Shown here one piece after another: positions 49,957-63,326 of a stretch of 64,000 nt of DNA (positions within the stretch are counted from its first letter, which is position 1; each line of letters opens with the position of its first letter). The notes under the pieces are model-generated. The model searched no databases. It was not told the DNA's origin and saw nothing but the letters and a program-made list of their open reading frames with translations. This DNA is from Syncephalis fuscata S228 (Eukaryota; Fungi; Zoopagomycota), in contig JAHLTZ010000018.1 in the NCBI GenBank assembly GCA_025786725.1, positions 434,001-498,000 of the forward strand, read 5' to 3'. The position numbers were made by a program, and so were the translations under genes.

Positions 49957-51781
49957 CTATCTTTCTTTTGCCTCTTGTATAGCCGTGCAGTTTTCATTTA
50001 ATACAACTTGGCGCCTTTCCAACAGCTCCGTCTCTATACACAAGCGGAAATCGGCAAAGACACGCTCAAAGTCCATAATGGTCGGTGGTGGACTTCGCTT
50101 CATCCAAAACTCATTAAACGAATGGAACAAATAGCCTATAGACGACTAATTAGCTTTGTATTATTATATTGTGAATTAGTAGCCTACTGTAGTATTCATG
50201 ATATACGGCGCGTGTAGTGCCATATCGGTAGAGATAATGCTGCAATCGACGGGTTCGCAATGTTTGCACAGCGAAACTGGTAATATTAATACCAACAATA
50301 GCAAAACTATACCTAGATAATAGTATTAGTTTTGTTCAAAGCAATGAAATATATTAAGCGCTATAAATCATTATAAAATAGATTAACCATTGATAACAAT
50401 AGCTACTTACCAGCGATCCGAGTCTTGAGAACACTTTAATACATGGAGTGCCGATGCTGTATGATTCTTTGCATAGTAATGTAAATCATCCAGTGCAAGC
50501 ATGCCCATACTACGAAAATCTGTAGCTGGATCTTTGCCTTGAAATCCAATCTTTTGCCATTGCAACGATTGGCGGGCGTCCAGCTTTTCATTAGGCATTA
50601 AAATATCCCATAGCTATAACAAATAATCAGCTTCTAAACTACAACTATTAACCATCTAGTTACCTTAAGTAATTTTCTCTCATGAGATCCAACTGTAGAA
50701 TCGTATTTTGTTTGAGCCCGTGTATTAAGTTCATTCATCAAACTGTAAGAGGCAGCAATGCTTTTTAAACAATGACGAAGAACAAGTGCCGGTGGACTAT
50801 TATTATATTGATGTTAATCATCAATCAAATATAACTAATGTAATACTTGCCTGGTCAATTCACCATGACCGGGGAAATGCTTGCATCGTAGTATTGAACG
50901 CCAAGCTTCGTCGATATTACCATCGGCTCTTTCAAGTTGGCGTCGTTCCGCCTAATAGAATCAAATTAAGTAAAAGTGTAAATATAACAATTTTTTATAA
51001 CTTACCGTTAATTTGGAAGAATATAAAATGGCTCTATCTATTTAATAGCAATTAAAAATGTTTACAATGACAATCCATTAGTATTTAATACTACTGTTAT
51101 AATTATAATTAAATGTAACTCACCTACACGGTAAACAGTACCAACCGATATCTCTATTACTGCAATAGGCACTGAGCGGCTATTTAACAAAGGCACTTTG
51201 CTAGAATCTGTACTGTGGCTTGTTCTGGCTGCCGGCAAGAATACGCGTCGATGATGCTGATGCCCATTACTGCCAGTTCGCATCAACGGCAATGAGGGTG
51301 GGACTTCATCTTCACCATTGTTACTAGTATCGCTGTCGTGGCCATTTAATGGATCAACATCGGTAACTAAGGGATCTTTGGCCAATTTGCCCGTGGATGT
51401 GATGCAAATAAACTGCAAGGTAGGTCGTGGTGTACATATACGCTGTAATTCCGATGTACCAGAAAATACACCATAGACCGCTTTAAACCACTTGTAAATA
51501 CGATGAAATACAGAGGACGTGTAGATTCGCAACAGTAGCGTGCTCAACACCCAACTTGGCACGAATGACGTGGACGAACCAGATGCGGCCGAATCAGTCA
51601 CCTCCTGGCTACTAGGAGCCAGAAGAAATGCACTAGACGACGCACTACTGGCCAGCGATGCCTCACTCGATGCTTCTGACGCTGCTGAGCCGCGTCTAGG
51701 ATGTCCACGTAGCTGTGGCCCGTCTCCACTATGGCCACGACTCACGGCTTCGACTTCTGAAATCGCGCTGGTAGTAGCCAT
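49957..51781 (-). CDS. ELMO-domain protein (ELMOD-like), multi-exon
   Basis: QWQKIGFQGKDPATDFRSMGMLAL, FAIVGINIT, FNEFW...TIMDF. Confidence 0.9.
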
Positions 51782-53388
51782 TCAAGACTGGTGCGTGCTG
51801 CTTGTCTCAACTTACTAGATAAGTTACTCGTTTGCTTGTTCGTTGTATGGTTTATTCAACTGATCAAGGGGTGCGATGTTGCTCAATAATAACAATCAAA
51901 CTAGAATAGAAAACACTAAGCTTAAGGCTAAAAACCGAGTCAAAAAGGAGTTGTCGCTGTGTTTTATGGTCAGGTGAGCAATAAAAATAACCTCATGGTA
52001 TTTGTTCACTTGAGGCACTGTGGGGTTCTTAAACCATCAATGATGCCATAATAGTCATTGAATCCAATCGATGCAGGTTTCAAGAGTCAAACCGGCAACT
52101 AAAACCATTCCACTAATGGATAAACAGCGTATAACATTCAGTTCCGACTATTTAGCAATCTATATGTGTGTATAAATATATAATATTTAGTTGAACCATT
52201 AGATTGATTGATTGATAGTGGATTTATTTAATGATACACGTTAAATGAAACAATGGCCGTTGCTAATAGCAGCCAATTGGCTACTAAATATTATCTGGCG
52301 CGTAAATTCATTATAAAAGCTAATTTACAACTTGCATTAATAAGCATTGTACAATTAGTACTAGAATAGCTAAGCTGTAATATTATTAGCGTGTATTAAT
52401 CATAACTGTATTAGACTATAGTAAATAGCAATATAGAATAGTAGTCGTTTACAATCATCTATCTACGGTCATCTATCTACAGTTATATATATAGTACACA
52501 TGAATGTAAACAAACTATTAGCATGCTCATTCATGTTTATATACTATTCTAGTTAACGCTTAATCGATACAATCTATCGACTCATGTTGTATTGATTGGG
52601 GCAGTTGATAAAATTCCGAAAAAGACTCAATTCAGTCGATTTTCCTTTTTTTATAAAAAAACCAGCCGTCTCATTGGCCCACCAGTCACAATAGCACGAC
52701 TATCACACAACATCATCATTAATATTCGTATATTACACACACACACACACACTAATCATTTAATTAAAGAAAGAAAGTTTGGGCGTCACCTTTTCCTTCT
52801 TTGCTTTTCCTACTTTTCCCCAGTGCTTTTCACTTTTCTTGGTATGCGCGCGTGTGTTATTTCCTCGTTATACACTTGATTAGTTTATTGGTTTTTGTTT
52901 TCTGCGTGGAATTGCAAGACTACTCGTAGACAATACATTGTCTTTGCAGTTTTTCTTTTTCTTTTTTATTACTGCAGTGCGTTTTATTTGGTAGGTGGCG
53001 ATGAAGACCCGGCTAAGCATTTGGTTGAGGCGCAGTATTACGCGGGTGTCCTAGGCATTCAACGTGTGTATTGGCATAAATAGACACTTTAGTCGTTTAT
53101 TGATGCCAGCTATACATACTAGCTAGCTATATGCTCACTATAATGTGACTGTGCGCGTATAACAGACTCCGTGGTGTAGGCAGTGAATCTTGTAGTCATT
53201 TCGTTTTCTCTTTTTTAAAAACTGGCTCTACAGTGCCACATGTGATTTTTTACGTTAAACTAACTAGAAATGCTAACACAAAGTCTGTTTAATCGCGCTA
53301 CTACTAGATTTTTATTGCATTCGTGCGTTAAGCATTGATTGTGCGCACACCATATATAAGTGTGAAGTACAAGCAAAAGTAAAAGGGA

Positions 53389-56300
53389 ATGTCGCCCTCC
53401 AATGCTCAATTAAGCCAAGCTAGTAAACGAAAACCGGCAGGAAAATGGCTACAGCGTCCGCGATCTATGCACGATGATACTACAGATGCCTTCTCGCAAG
53501 AGCTTTTATCCAGCTCTTTATCATCGGCTGGATCGTGGTTTGAATCGGACGACGATAACAATGGGAGTAGTAAAAATAGAACAACAAGACACAAAATAAA
53601 CATTGGCCATTCAATATCGGCTGATGATTCGCAAGATGAACTTCGACAGCAGCGACCAGCATCGGCACAATTAGCTGGGAAAAGATCTACTGGTAAAACT
53701 TTATTGGCTGCACCACGATCCGGTAAATCATTGGCGACAGTGGCGGCCATTGCCGGTGTAGCCGCAAAAGGTCGTCCGGCCGGCAAGAAAGGCGGCAAAA
53801 ACAGTAAAGGATTTATACCCTCTATAGCACAGTCTATTTGTGGCGTATGCAGCCAATCTACTGGTCAATCCAGCTGGATTGTTGAATGTGAAGCCTGTCA
53901 AGGTACAGTATTCATGTTGTAGCCTATATTGATACTAGTAATTAACCATATTAAGCATAGGTATATTTCATGGTACCTGTCTACCAGATGATGTAGACGA
54001 TTCAGTTTACGCCAATTACCAGTGTTCACTCTGTTCACGTCCTAGCAGTAGTGGCAAATCAATGGCGGCCATTATGGTAGCAGCAACATCAAAAACATCA
54101 CATTCACTTAGTAATGTCAGTAGTGCTACAAATCAACGTAAAAAGGCCACAACAACAGTATCATCATCTGCCACCACCAATAGCCGAAAAAAATCTAACA
54201 CACCCAAATCTAACACTAAAGGTAATTACTATAAATTAAATATAGACTAGTAATCTAATATCTGTTTAATTAATACTAGCCAAAAGAAAGCCCAATCGTA
54301 AAACAAAATCTACCGCTTTAGTCAATCTTACACCCATGCCACCACCAGTTGTATTATCAAAAACATCAACAGGCCTATCAGATGGTATGGAAGATGAAGA
54401 TGAAGATATTTGCCCAGTCTGTGATACAGTATGCACTTGTAACAACACTGTAGCCTCACCATTGACCGAACAGTCCACAGTAATTGACACCGTATCGCCT
54501 ATATCAATTGGATCAAGACCGGCAGGAAAAGCTATCCCATGGTCGGTTAAAACTACTCTAGCAAAGACATTGGCCCAATCAAATGGTGACCATATTTAGA
54601 TGAAGAAGATATCGACTATAATATCCAAGATAATCAACATGATGAAGAAGATGAAGAAATTGTTTATCAACGATTAATAGACCGTCTACGTATTCTAGGA
54701 AAAGATTATACCATTCCTCAAAAAGATGGCAAATTCAACGATAAACGGGATATTGAAGAGGAAAATTCTATAGCCAATTCACTTTCATCACGCTACAGTT
54801 CAAGTCTATTAAGCTTTCATGGAGATGAAGATGAAGATATTAAACTATCAGATACCGATACAAGTAGTCAAGATGATATTGAAGACTCTGACGATGAAGA
54901 TGCTGATAGCAGTAGCGATGATGGCGAAGATGAAGAGGATGACATTGAAGATATATCTAATATTACACTTGAAATGGATGGTTTAGATGATCTTATTAAT
55001 AATGCAGTCAATGGTATTGAAGAGACGGTGTGGTCACCATCAACTGAACAGGACATTAATGCATTTCTTGGACTATGTACAAATGATATTTATAATAGCC
55101 AGACCAACAATAGCAGTTCAGTATCTACACCAACACCCTTTACAGATCTAGAAGAAGACGAAGTCAATGATAGTGATATGGCCATAGAAGAAGAACGATA
55201 CCTGGTGGCTATGGAACAGATGTCAGACAGTGAAGAAAAAGAACAGGTCAGCGAACAACTACTGCCCAATAATACCTGGAATGATAGCAGTGAAGATGAA
55301 GAAGATGAAGATGAAGAGGAACTTGAAGTGTATTTTGATCGATTATTGAATAGACCGCGTATGTTAATGGAAGATACACCACCACCACCATCTACTACCA
55401 CTACAGCATCTACATCATCACACATTAGTTCAATTACTACAAGTCGATATGGATCTTGGTGTAGACCACCACCACCACCACCTACACCCACGTTATCATT
55501 AATGTCACCCAATCTATCAATGACTAGTAGTGCTACAAATACGGCTACACTGATTACTAGTATGTTGGCAGAAGCATCAGCTCATGGCACTACAGCTGCT
55601 GATGTATTGGCCACAGCAGTAGCAGCGGCTATGGCGGCGTCTATTGTACCATCCGATCAGAATGAATTGGATGTCAATATGGATAAAGAAGACACGCCAT
55701 TTAATACTGAATCAGATGAGCCAGCATCTATAACATCTGCTCATAATGCATTATTGGCTTCATTGGCAGATCTAATAGATGATAATACAGCTATGTCGGA
55801 TGCATTAACGCAACCATCTGAAGAAGAAGTGGAAGTAGAAGAAGTGGAAGATGATGAAGATGAAGAACAGAATACTAGTACTAGTACTAGTAAACTAATT
55901 ACAGAAAAGACCAGTGTTATTAGTAAATATCAAGATGATAAAAAGATTATTCATAGAAAGTTGGCACCTACACCTGCATCTACTATTACTCGACCAGATT
56001 TAATTCATCGTCTAGTCCAACCACGTCTTACTGGTTCAATTCTCTCTTCATTGCCAAATAGTCCTTCATTTAGACCACTTTCATCAATTACTGTTAAATC
56101 TAAACAGCAATCTTTTAATTCACAGCTTCATGGAAATACTCAGCAATCCTCCTCATCCTCCTCCTCTTCTTCTTCTCCTTCTTTCTCTTTAACGTCTTCA
56201 GCATCAATTCATTCAACGGGTCTATTCTCAAGCGCTGATGAATTACGTAAACGTCGTACAGCAGAAGTGAATGGAGCATTTGCTAAACAGGTAACAAATA

Positions 56301-57553
56301 TTACATATAATATGCTATTGATAAATACTAATGAAATAATAGGCTATGGAAATTAAACGGCCTAGACTATTCAAGGCAAAACCGCCTGTACTGGTGCCTG
56401 TTGTACCACGGAATATTACAACAGCTCGTAATTTTCTAACTTCTACGAGAAAGAATGTGCCCATAATGAGTCGATCAGTTACACTGCCACTGTCAAAAGA
56501 ACAAAGTGACAACGACACCAATATTGATAGTAGTGGTAGTGAAGATGATGGTACATCAACTATTGATGTACTCGATGACTCATCTATTGCCACTAAAGGA
56601 TGGAGAACACCTGCATCTGTTTGTACAGAAACATCTTTATCGAGCAAGACTGAATCAATAGTATCAAGCGATTCTAATGCGGATAAAGAGATAATAGTTG
56701 ACACAAACATGTCAAATACTAGCAATATAGATCTACTATCTATTGATGAGCTATTAGACACCTCTCGTCTATATGGTCGTCATACTTCACTGGATTTGAA
56801 TGATGGAGAAATTGATGAAGCATGTACTTCTCTATTTGATACCAGTGAGGGCGGTGATACAACAGATAAACAGCATTTGAATGCACTGGCCCGTTGGAAA
56901 CGTGTACCTATTGGTGTATTTAGACGTACACGGCGTCGTCGTAATAGTTTACCTGAAATGATGTGTGCATCAGCAGTTAAATGGCATCATGCAGCTAATT
57001 ACACACTGACTACTGGTCAAATGGGATCTACTATGGAACAACAACAACAACAACAACAACAACATGGTCACCAGCATAATACTATATCGGCAAATAATTC
57101 AGCATCATTGTGGAATACTTCATTTCTGTTGGCTGAACCATCAAGTCAGTCGATGAGTGGTCATGATCCATTAACGCCATGACATCGACAACGATGACAA
57201 CAAATACAGCAGAAATATCGTTTAATGAAACAAGAGAAAGGGCAAAAACACATGGATTACGTCTATCTATCCCATACCATACAACAGAACAAGGCGATAC
57301 TAATCATAGTGATGACCATAGTAATATTCATTATGCATTTTATAATAGTCATCATACCAACAGTGGAGATGATAATTATGAAATGAATGGAAAAAGACTA
57401 GAAACAAAGCATCAGTTAAATCATTCTAGATCACCCACAGCAACATCTACACCATGGTCAACTAACGATTTGCCTAGTGCTAATCTTACTGGTACATTTG
57501 ATACCAATGATTTATTATTGCTGGGCTTACATCCTATGAAGCATTTTCCTTGA
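53389..57553 (+). CDS. Large acidic nuclear protein with PHD finger and CPVC-x3-CTC motif (possibly Ifh1/Crf1-like); apparent frameshifts
   Basis: CGVC...IVECEACQG-IFHGTC...YQCSLC, EDICPVCDTVCTC, D/E tracts, LARWKRVPIGVFRR. Frameshifts near 54595 and 57180. Family assignment tentative. Confidence 0.7.
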
Positions 57554-57702
57554 TTGATTTCAATAGTAACGATCATCTATAGAAATGTTTGGTTTTGGTT
57601 TTTTGTATTAAAATTTTACTTTTAACTGACTATACTATTACATGTATCTAATAATCGCTTATTATTATTATTAAGTAAATTAATATTATTTATTAATGTT
57701 AA

Positions 57703-58047
57703 TTATATTTTGTATTCTACTCCGTTGATCGTCAATGGAGCATTGGTACGATACTTTTTGCTAGCGTCATCACAGTTAAAGTAGTAGCCAACGTTGTCTT
57801 TACCAGCAAATCGCTTAGGGAAGGTGTTATCGTGTTCATATTGGTATTTGCACACGAAGAAGTAGAATAGACCGTTTTCACGACGTTCGAAATAAGAGCC
57901 ATCGGAACCGTATAATACACTGGGATTAATGGTAAAGTAGTAGACCTCGCCATCTGGGCGTTGAGTTGGTCGTTTAGCCTCGACATGAGTGGCAAGAGCA
58001 CCGAACAAAGTGATGGCTTGAATGGCTGTAAATAAATTGAACTTCAT
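57703..58047 (-). CDS. Secreted protein, module B only (114 aa)
   Basis: Signal peptide ...VEAKRP. LYGSDGSYF...FYFFVCKY...NCDDASKKYRTNAPL. TATA CTTTTATAG at 58177-58185. Confidence 0.9.
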   Translation of the reverse strand: MKFNLFTAIQAITLFGALATHVEAKRPTQRPDGEVYYFTINPSVLYGSDGSYFERRENGLFYFFVCKYQYEHDNTFPKRFAGKDNVGYYFNCDDASKKYRTNAPLTINGVEYKI

Positions 58048-58870
58048 AATAATAGTAATAATAGTGCCTATAGCAATTAACTGAAGTGAATTGTGTGTGT
58101 GTGCGTAAGAAAGTAGGCTAACTAGCTAGTTAATGTTTTTGTTAAATAAAATGATATAGACGACTATAATTAAAGCCTTTTATAGTTGCTAGCTAGTATA
58201 ATATGGTTCTGGTAATATTAATTACCCGATAATGGTAAGGCCTTACTTAACCTGGTTCTATAGCAACTACAAGTTATTATTTCTATTCTTACTACCACTA
58301 TAGCTATTAGCCATTGGATGAATGGATGGTTAGACATAGATTCAGATATTAAAATAAGGCAAGTACTACCGATGGTTTTTTTAAAAAGCCAAATTTATAA
58401 ATCTAAAACACTAGGCAACCATCCGAAATTAGAAAGAATACAGAAATACATAGATGTAATAAAATGATGTATACTATAGGCGAGTAAGTTTTGTTAAACC
58501 TTGTCGATACAACTATTAATAAACTATAGTTATACGTCATAGGTGTGTTATATATGTTTATACTGGTTGTAATTGAGCTTTACCATAACAAACGATGTTT
58601 CTTAACAAGGCCTGCTTGTACACTTGTTTTCACGTTATAAATTGTAAATGAATATTTTAATAAGGCTTTACTTTTGGTGTAAATACCAAAATGATACAAT
58701 CTAATTCTATATATAGATATTTATTAAACAATAATAAAACACTGTTGGTTATTCATTCAGTAGTAATATAAGCTGATTAAACAAATACTTTGACCAATTG
58801 ACTGTTTATTCATATAGCCTTTACATAAGATAAATCATAATGCAGCTAATATAGTTGGTTGGTTAATTAA

Positions 58871-60563
58871 TTACTGTTGGTGTAGTTTTGGCGTGTCAAT
58901 TGAAGCTGGGAAGAACACGTGATAGAGATTAGACCACCAACTTCCTCGGTCATAAATATTCCGAAGTGAATTCACATCAGTTACTTGGAATCTATTGACA
59001 TCAGCCTGTCGAACACCACGTACATAACGGAAGGCCGGATAAGTCTTATGCACTTCAATATCCCCATCATTCCATAGTGTTGACTCGCCTTCATCTGCCT
59101 CGTCTGCTTGTTCCTGCCCTTCTTGGTGCTGATTAGCTGATGGATCGGGTGACTGTTGCAGTGCATCTATCAACAGTTCTAATTGACCGGCCTGTATCAT
59201 ACCCTCAACATCATCCCATTTCATTATTTCATTGGTAGTACGGCCACTTGCTACTTGCCACAATTGCAGTAGAGTAAAGCCAGCTATTACTAATGATACC
59301 ATGGCAGCAAGCATACCCAATCCACTTATTATAGGTTCTACCTGCGACACAGCCTGGATAGCACCATATATTACAATAAATACTAGTTTACTGATCCATC
59401 GACATCCTATAATCTTACCATAATTGAATTCCAAAGAGTCATTTTTACAAGTTGACCCGTATTTACGTCCTCATAATAGAATGATTCCCAACCATGACGT
59501 TGTCGTTCACCCAGAAAAATACGCCATATCAACCATGTGCCATAAAGCATGCATATTTGATTGGCAAATAGAAAGTAGAAGAAATACCGGTGATTGTTAT
59601 GACCAATACAGTTATTAAGCCATATACCTATCCATTAATATTATATATATATATATATTAGTATATAATGTAGCAATAGATATGCGTAATAATGACGTAC
59701 AATGATGATCTAGTTTGGCAATACAACGACCACACATAGAACAATGCTTGGAACGAGCCGATCTGTAGATTGTATATTAATTAGCTGCTGTCGCGTTTTA
59801 ACTATTACTTACTTTAACACTTTACAAGTACGGCATTGTTTCGGTTGGTATAATAAAAAGTCATAAGGATACAATTTACTCTGAGCTATTTCATTCGTTT
59901 TCGTTATATAGCCAGGATCACTGAAACTGGCCACTATAAACGATAAATAGGTGGAAAATATTACTGGCGGAATGATATATCTATTCAATTATTAGTCCCC
60001 TACTAATGATCAATCAAAGATAGTATTTGAATACCTGTGAATTTCACTTATAAACGGACCAGGAATACGATTCCACGCTGTTAAAAAGAACAGCCATAAT
60101 GATCCAGTTAAAATTACAAGATAGAGGATCTACCATATCATCGATATATTACCATTTCTATTTAAAATAAAATGCTTTGTTTACCTGCACCGTAGGATGT
60201 GCTGTTTGTGTGATACAAAAAAAGGCACGTCCACATATACGAGTGCACCGACGACCCAGCACACAGGTCAGTCCCCGTTGTATTAGTCCAGGTAGCTGAT
60301 CTAACAGAAATGTATGGGCATCCTCCATCAATGTATCTCTAGATGAGTCGGTCGAGTTAATGGTGCAAGCTTGAGACAGCTTGCCAGTAATACTTACTTG
60401 AATTTAGGCGAAGGTCCTAGTAGTAGGATAATGACCACCACAACAAAGAGCATAAGCCCAACGGCTAGTAAAGCTGTACCCGCTCCCTATCACAATACAG
60501 CATTAATAAACATAAAACAAACAACTATATCTATATATATATCTATATATGTGTGCACACCAT
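58871..60563 (-). CDS. SWF1: DHHC palmitoyltransferase, Swf1/ZDHHC4-like, multi-exon
   Basis: [68 protein letters not shown]. Confidence 0.85.
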
Positions 60564-60767
60564 AGTATCAAGTAGCTGAATAACCAGAATAAACAAAAGT
60601 AGAACAAAATAAGCGAATAGTTTAACCATATGACCGGTATGTAGTTTATTTTTTCTTGTTTAAATAGGTATTGTCGATTGACTTTCTTGTTGAGTTTTGC
60701 ATTCTCTTTGCCTATCAGTTCGTTACTCTACTTGTCGTTGTGGTGGTTACTGTCGTGAATTGGGACT

Positions 60768-61966
60768 ATGGTTACTACAAATGCAAGCAGTAGTACCAGT
60801 GACAATCACAGTATGGCCAGTACACCTACAATGAGTCCATGTGCTCAATTATCGAGAATGGCAATAAGTACACCAGTCATCGCAACCACTACGTCTTCCA
60901 CCGCTGTAGATAGTAGAGCTATTGAAGAGAGCGTACAAGACAAAGAGAACGAGCCTTGTAGCCATGAAACGTTCACGTTTATGGCACCTATTGAACTGAC
61001 GTCGCGCGTCACTATTCGCCTTGTATCTGCATTGATCAAGACACTATTACATCTACGAGGTCAAATGCCATGGTAACGGCTATCTCTTGTTAAGCTCATC
61101 GATTAATGTATGTTTTATTGTTCTATAGTATATGGACCTATATTCTAGATGAACTACGCCGCAATTCAGTAAGTAATTATTATTAGATACTATTAATGTT
61201 TAATCAAATTAAAAGACAGATCCATTCGAGGAAATGAATCGATCAAACTACCGCCACAATACCGTAAAGCCGAACAGGTAAATAAAATGTCATGTATTAT
61301 ATTAATTAAATTAAGCTGTATTAATAAATATAGTTTGTACAAGGTGCAGAAACATGGTTTGCAGCCATTCAACAATATGTAACAGCAACAAGCTATTATT
61401 CACCTCAACAGACTTCAGTAATCAAATCATCACAAGATCCAATTGAGCTATGTATCGTATTGGGCTTTCTTAGTTCACCGAAAGAAGTTTATCATATACG
61501 TATTTTAGGTAGCGAGCAGCAATCCAACAAGAATGACGAAGAACCAACAGAACGCCAGTTAATACAATGTGAACGTAGACTGATCGGTGCATTAATGATA
61601 CATTGACGCAATCTATTTCACCAGGTATGTATATTTATATGTATATGTATAATTAGATTAGTAACTCAATGTGATATAGGATTGGGAAAGCTTTACTTAT
61701 TAATGAAATCAAGATCTGATGATGATCAATTGCCTCCAAGTGCACTGCTACGTAGAACATTCCAACCAGAACTAATCCGAAATCGTCCTCGTATTATGTA
61801 TAAATCAATTATATTAGATGGCCAGAATGGTTATGAAGAAGAAGAAGAAAAGGTTGAACAAGCTGAAGACGCTACTCCGTCAGTATCCAAAGGCATTTGG
61901 TTCCAACTTTCACCTGTATTAACTGGCCTACCTCCATGGTCTACTTCGAACCTACTTTTATTATAA
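60768..61966 (+). CDS. p31comet / MAD2L1-binding protein-like HORMA protein, multi-exon
   Basis: LIKTLLHLRGQMPW, IVLGFLSSPKEVYHI and IWFQLSPVLTGL parallel the p31comet motifs LLKHIMYQRQQLP, LLGGNALSPKEFY and IWFQAPVTFKG. Confidence 0.65.
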
Positions 61967-62113
61967 ATATAAAATATAATTATTGTTTATTAAATAAATA
62001 CTGCCAGCATTAATGATAATCCCTATAGCAATTAGTATAGACGCATAGTTTATTTTGATAACAAATTAGAATGATACTGAAAGGACAACAAAATGAAATA
62101 GTTAGAAAAGCGC

Positions 62114-62896
62114 TTATTTAGCCATTGCGTATTTTTTGGTCCATTCTTTGGCCGTTTTGTTAAACTTGCTAATATCAGATCGATACTGTTCGGCAATCTC
62201 TGCTTCTAATGGATCATCTGGATTTGGATGCTCCAATAAAGTGGCCACTGCCGCCAATACTAAAAGATATGAAGAAAATAACCATGAGTAAATACATGTA
62301 CAGTCAATGGATATGTGTTTAATTACCATCAAGTATAGGAGTAGCAGGTTTCCAGCTATCAGGCTTCAATAAATCCATACAGATTGCGCCTTCTTCATCG
62401 ATGTTAGGATGATAGACCCGTGTAGCAAATTTAATCTATAATAGCATCGATAATTAGACATCACGGGACTTACAAGCATGCAATCGACTTACAGCTGGAG
62501 GCTTAAAAGGAAAGTCCTCTGGGAATCGAATATCTAGCTTAAAGTTGCCGTTCTTATAGGGACCATCAGACTAGAATGACTTGTTAATCTACTATACAGT
62601 ATAGTGGGACCAAATATACTAACCGAGCCTCGAAGAACGCCTAACGGATAAGGAGAACAAACACAATGTATTAGTACAATGAGTGGAGACGCGTAAGTGC
62701 AGCATTCGTATCGCTTCAGTAACGCTTACCTCGCCAGTGGAATAAAGTCTCATCGCTCACAGGATCTACTGCAAGACCAGGAACTGGATTGGCATGACAA
62801 TTGGCCAGCTCCTATCGTCATAGCTATAGCATATAACAGATGCAGGGAAACTAAACAGCTTACCTTGGTGATGCGTCGTAATGCTTTGTTGGCCAT
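62114..62896 (-). CDS. Ubiquitin-conjugating enzyme E2 (Ubc4/UBE2L3-like), multi-exon
   Basis: MANKALRRITKEL, PYKNGNFKLDIRFPEDFPFKPP, YHPNIDEEGAICMDLLK, WKPA, PNPDDPL, AKEWTKKYA. Confidence 0.93.
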
Positions 62897-63326
62897 AGTG
62901 TAGATTGATACTATAAACGATACGTGCGAAAGAAAGAAGCCTAAAGAAAAAAGATTGACTGTTGTTGCTTCGTAATGTTAAGTAGAAATAGAAAGGACAG
63001 GATACGCAAGATACACAATTTGAAGATCATGTGTGTAATGGTGATGGTATTTAATTGTTTAAATACATTCGTACACGCACACGCACACAAGCATGCATAA
63101 GAACAAGTCAGCCATACAATTACACTTACACTCAGACCTACACATAGTGACGCATGGATCTATAAAAGAATAGCTACTAGGGGCATATACCGCAAAGGGC
63201 AGTCACTTGTAACAATGACGAACAAAGGGTTGAATCATTATTGTTCATCTCGATAAGCGTTGGTAGCCATCTTGATGGTATAGTATATATTTTTACCACG
63301 TTTATTTAAAAAGCAATGATATTAAA

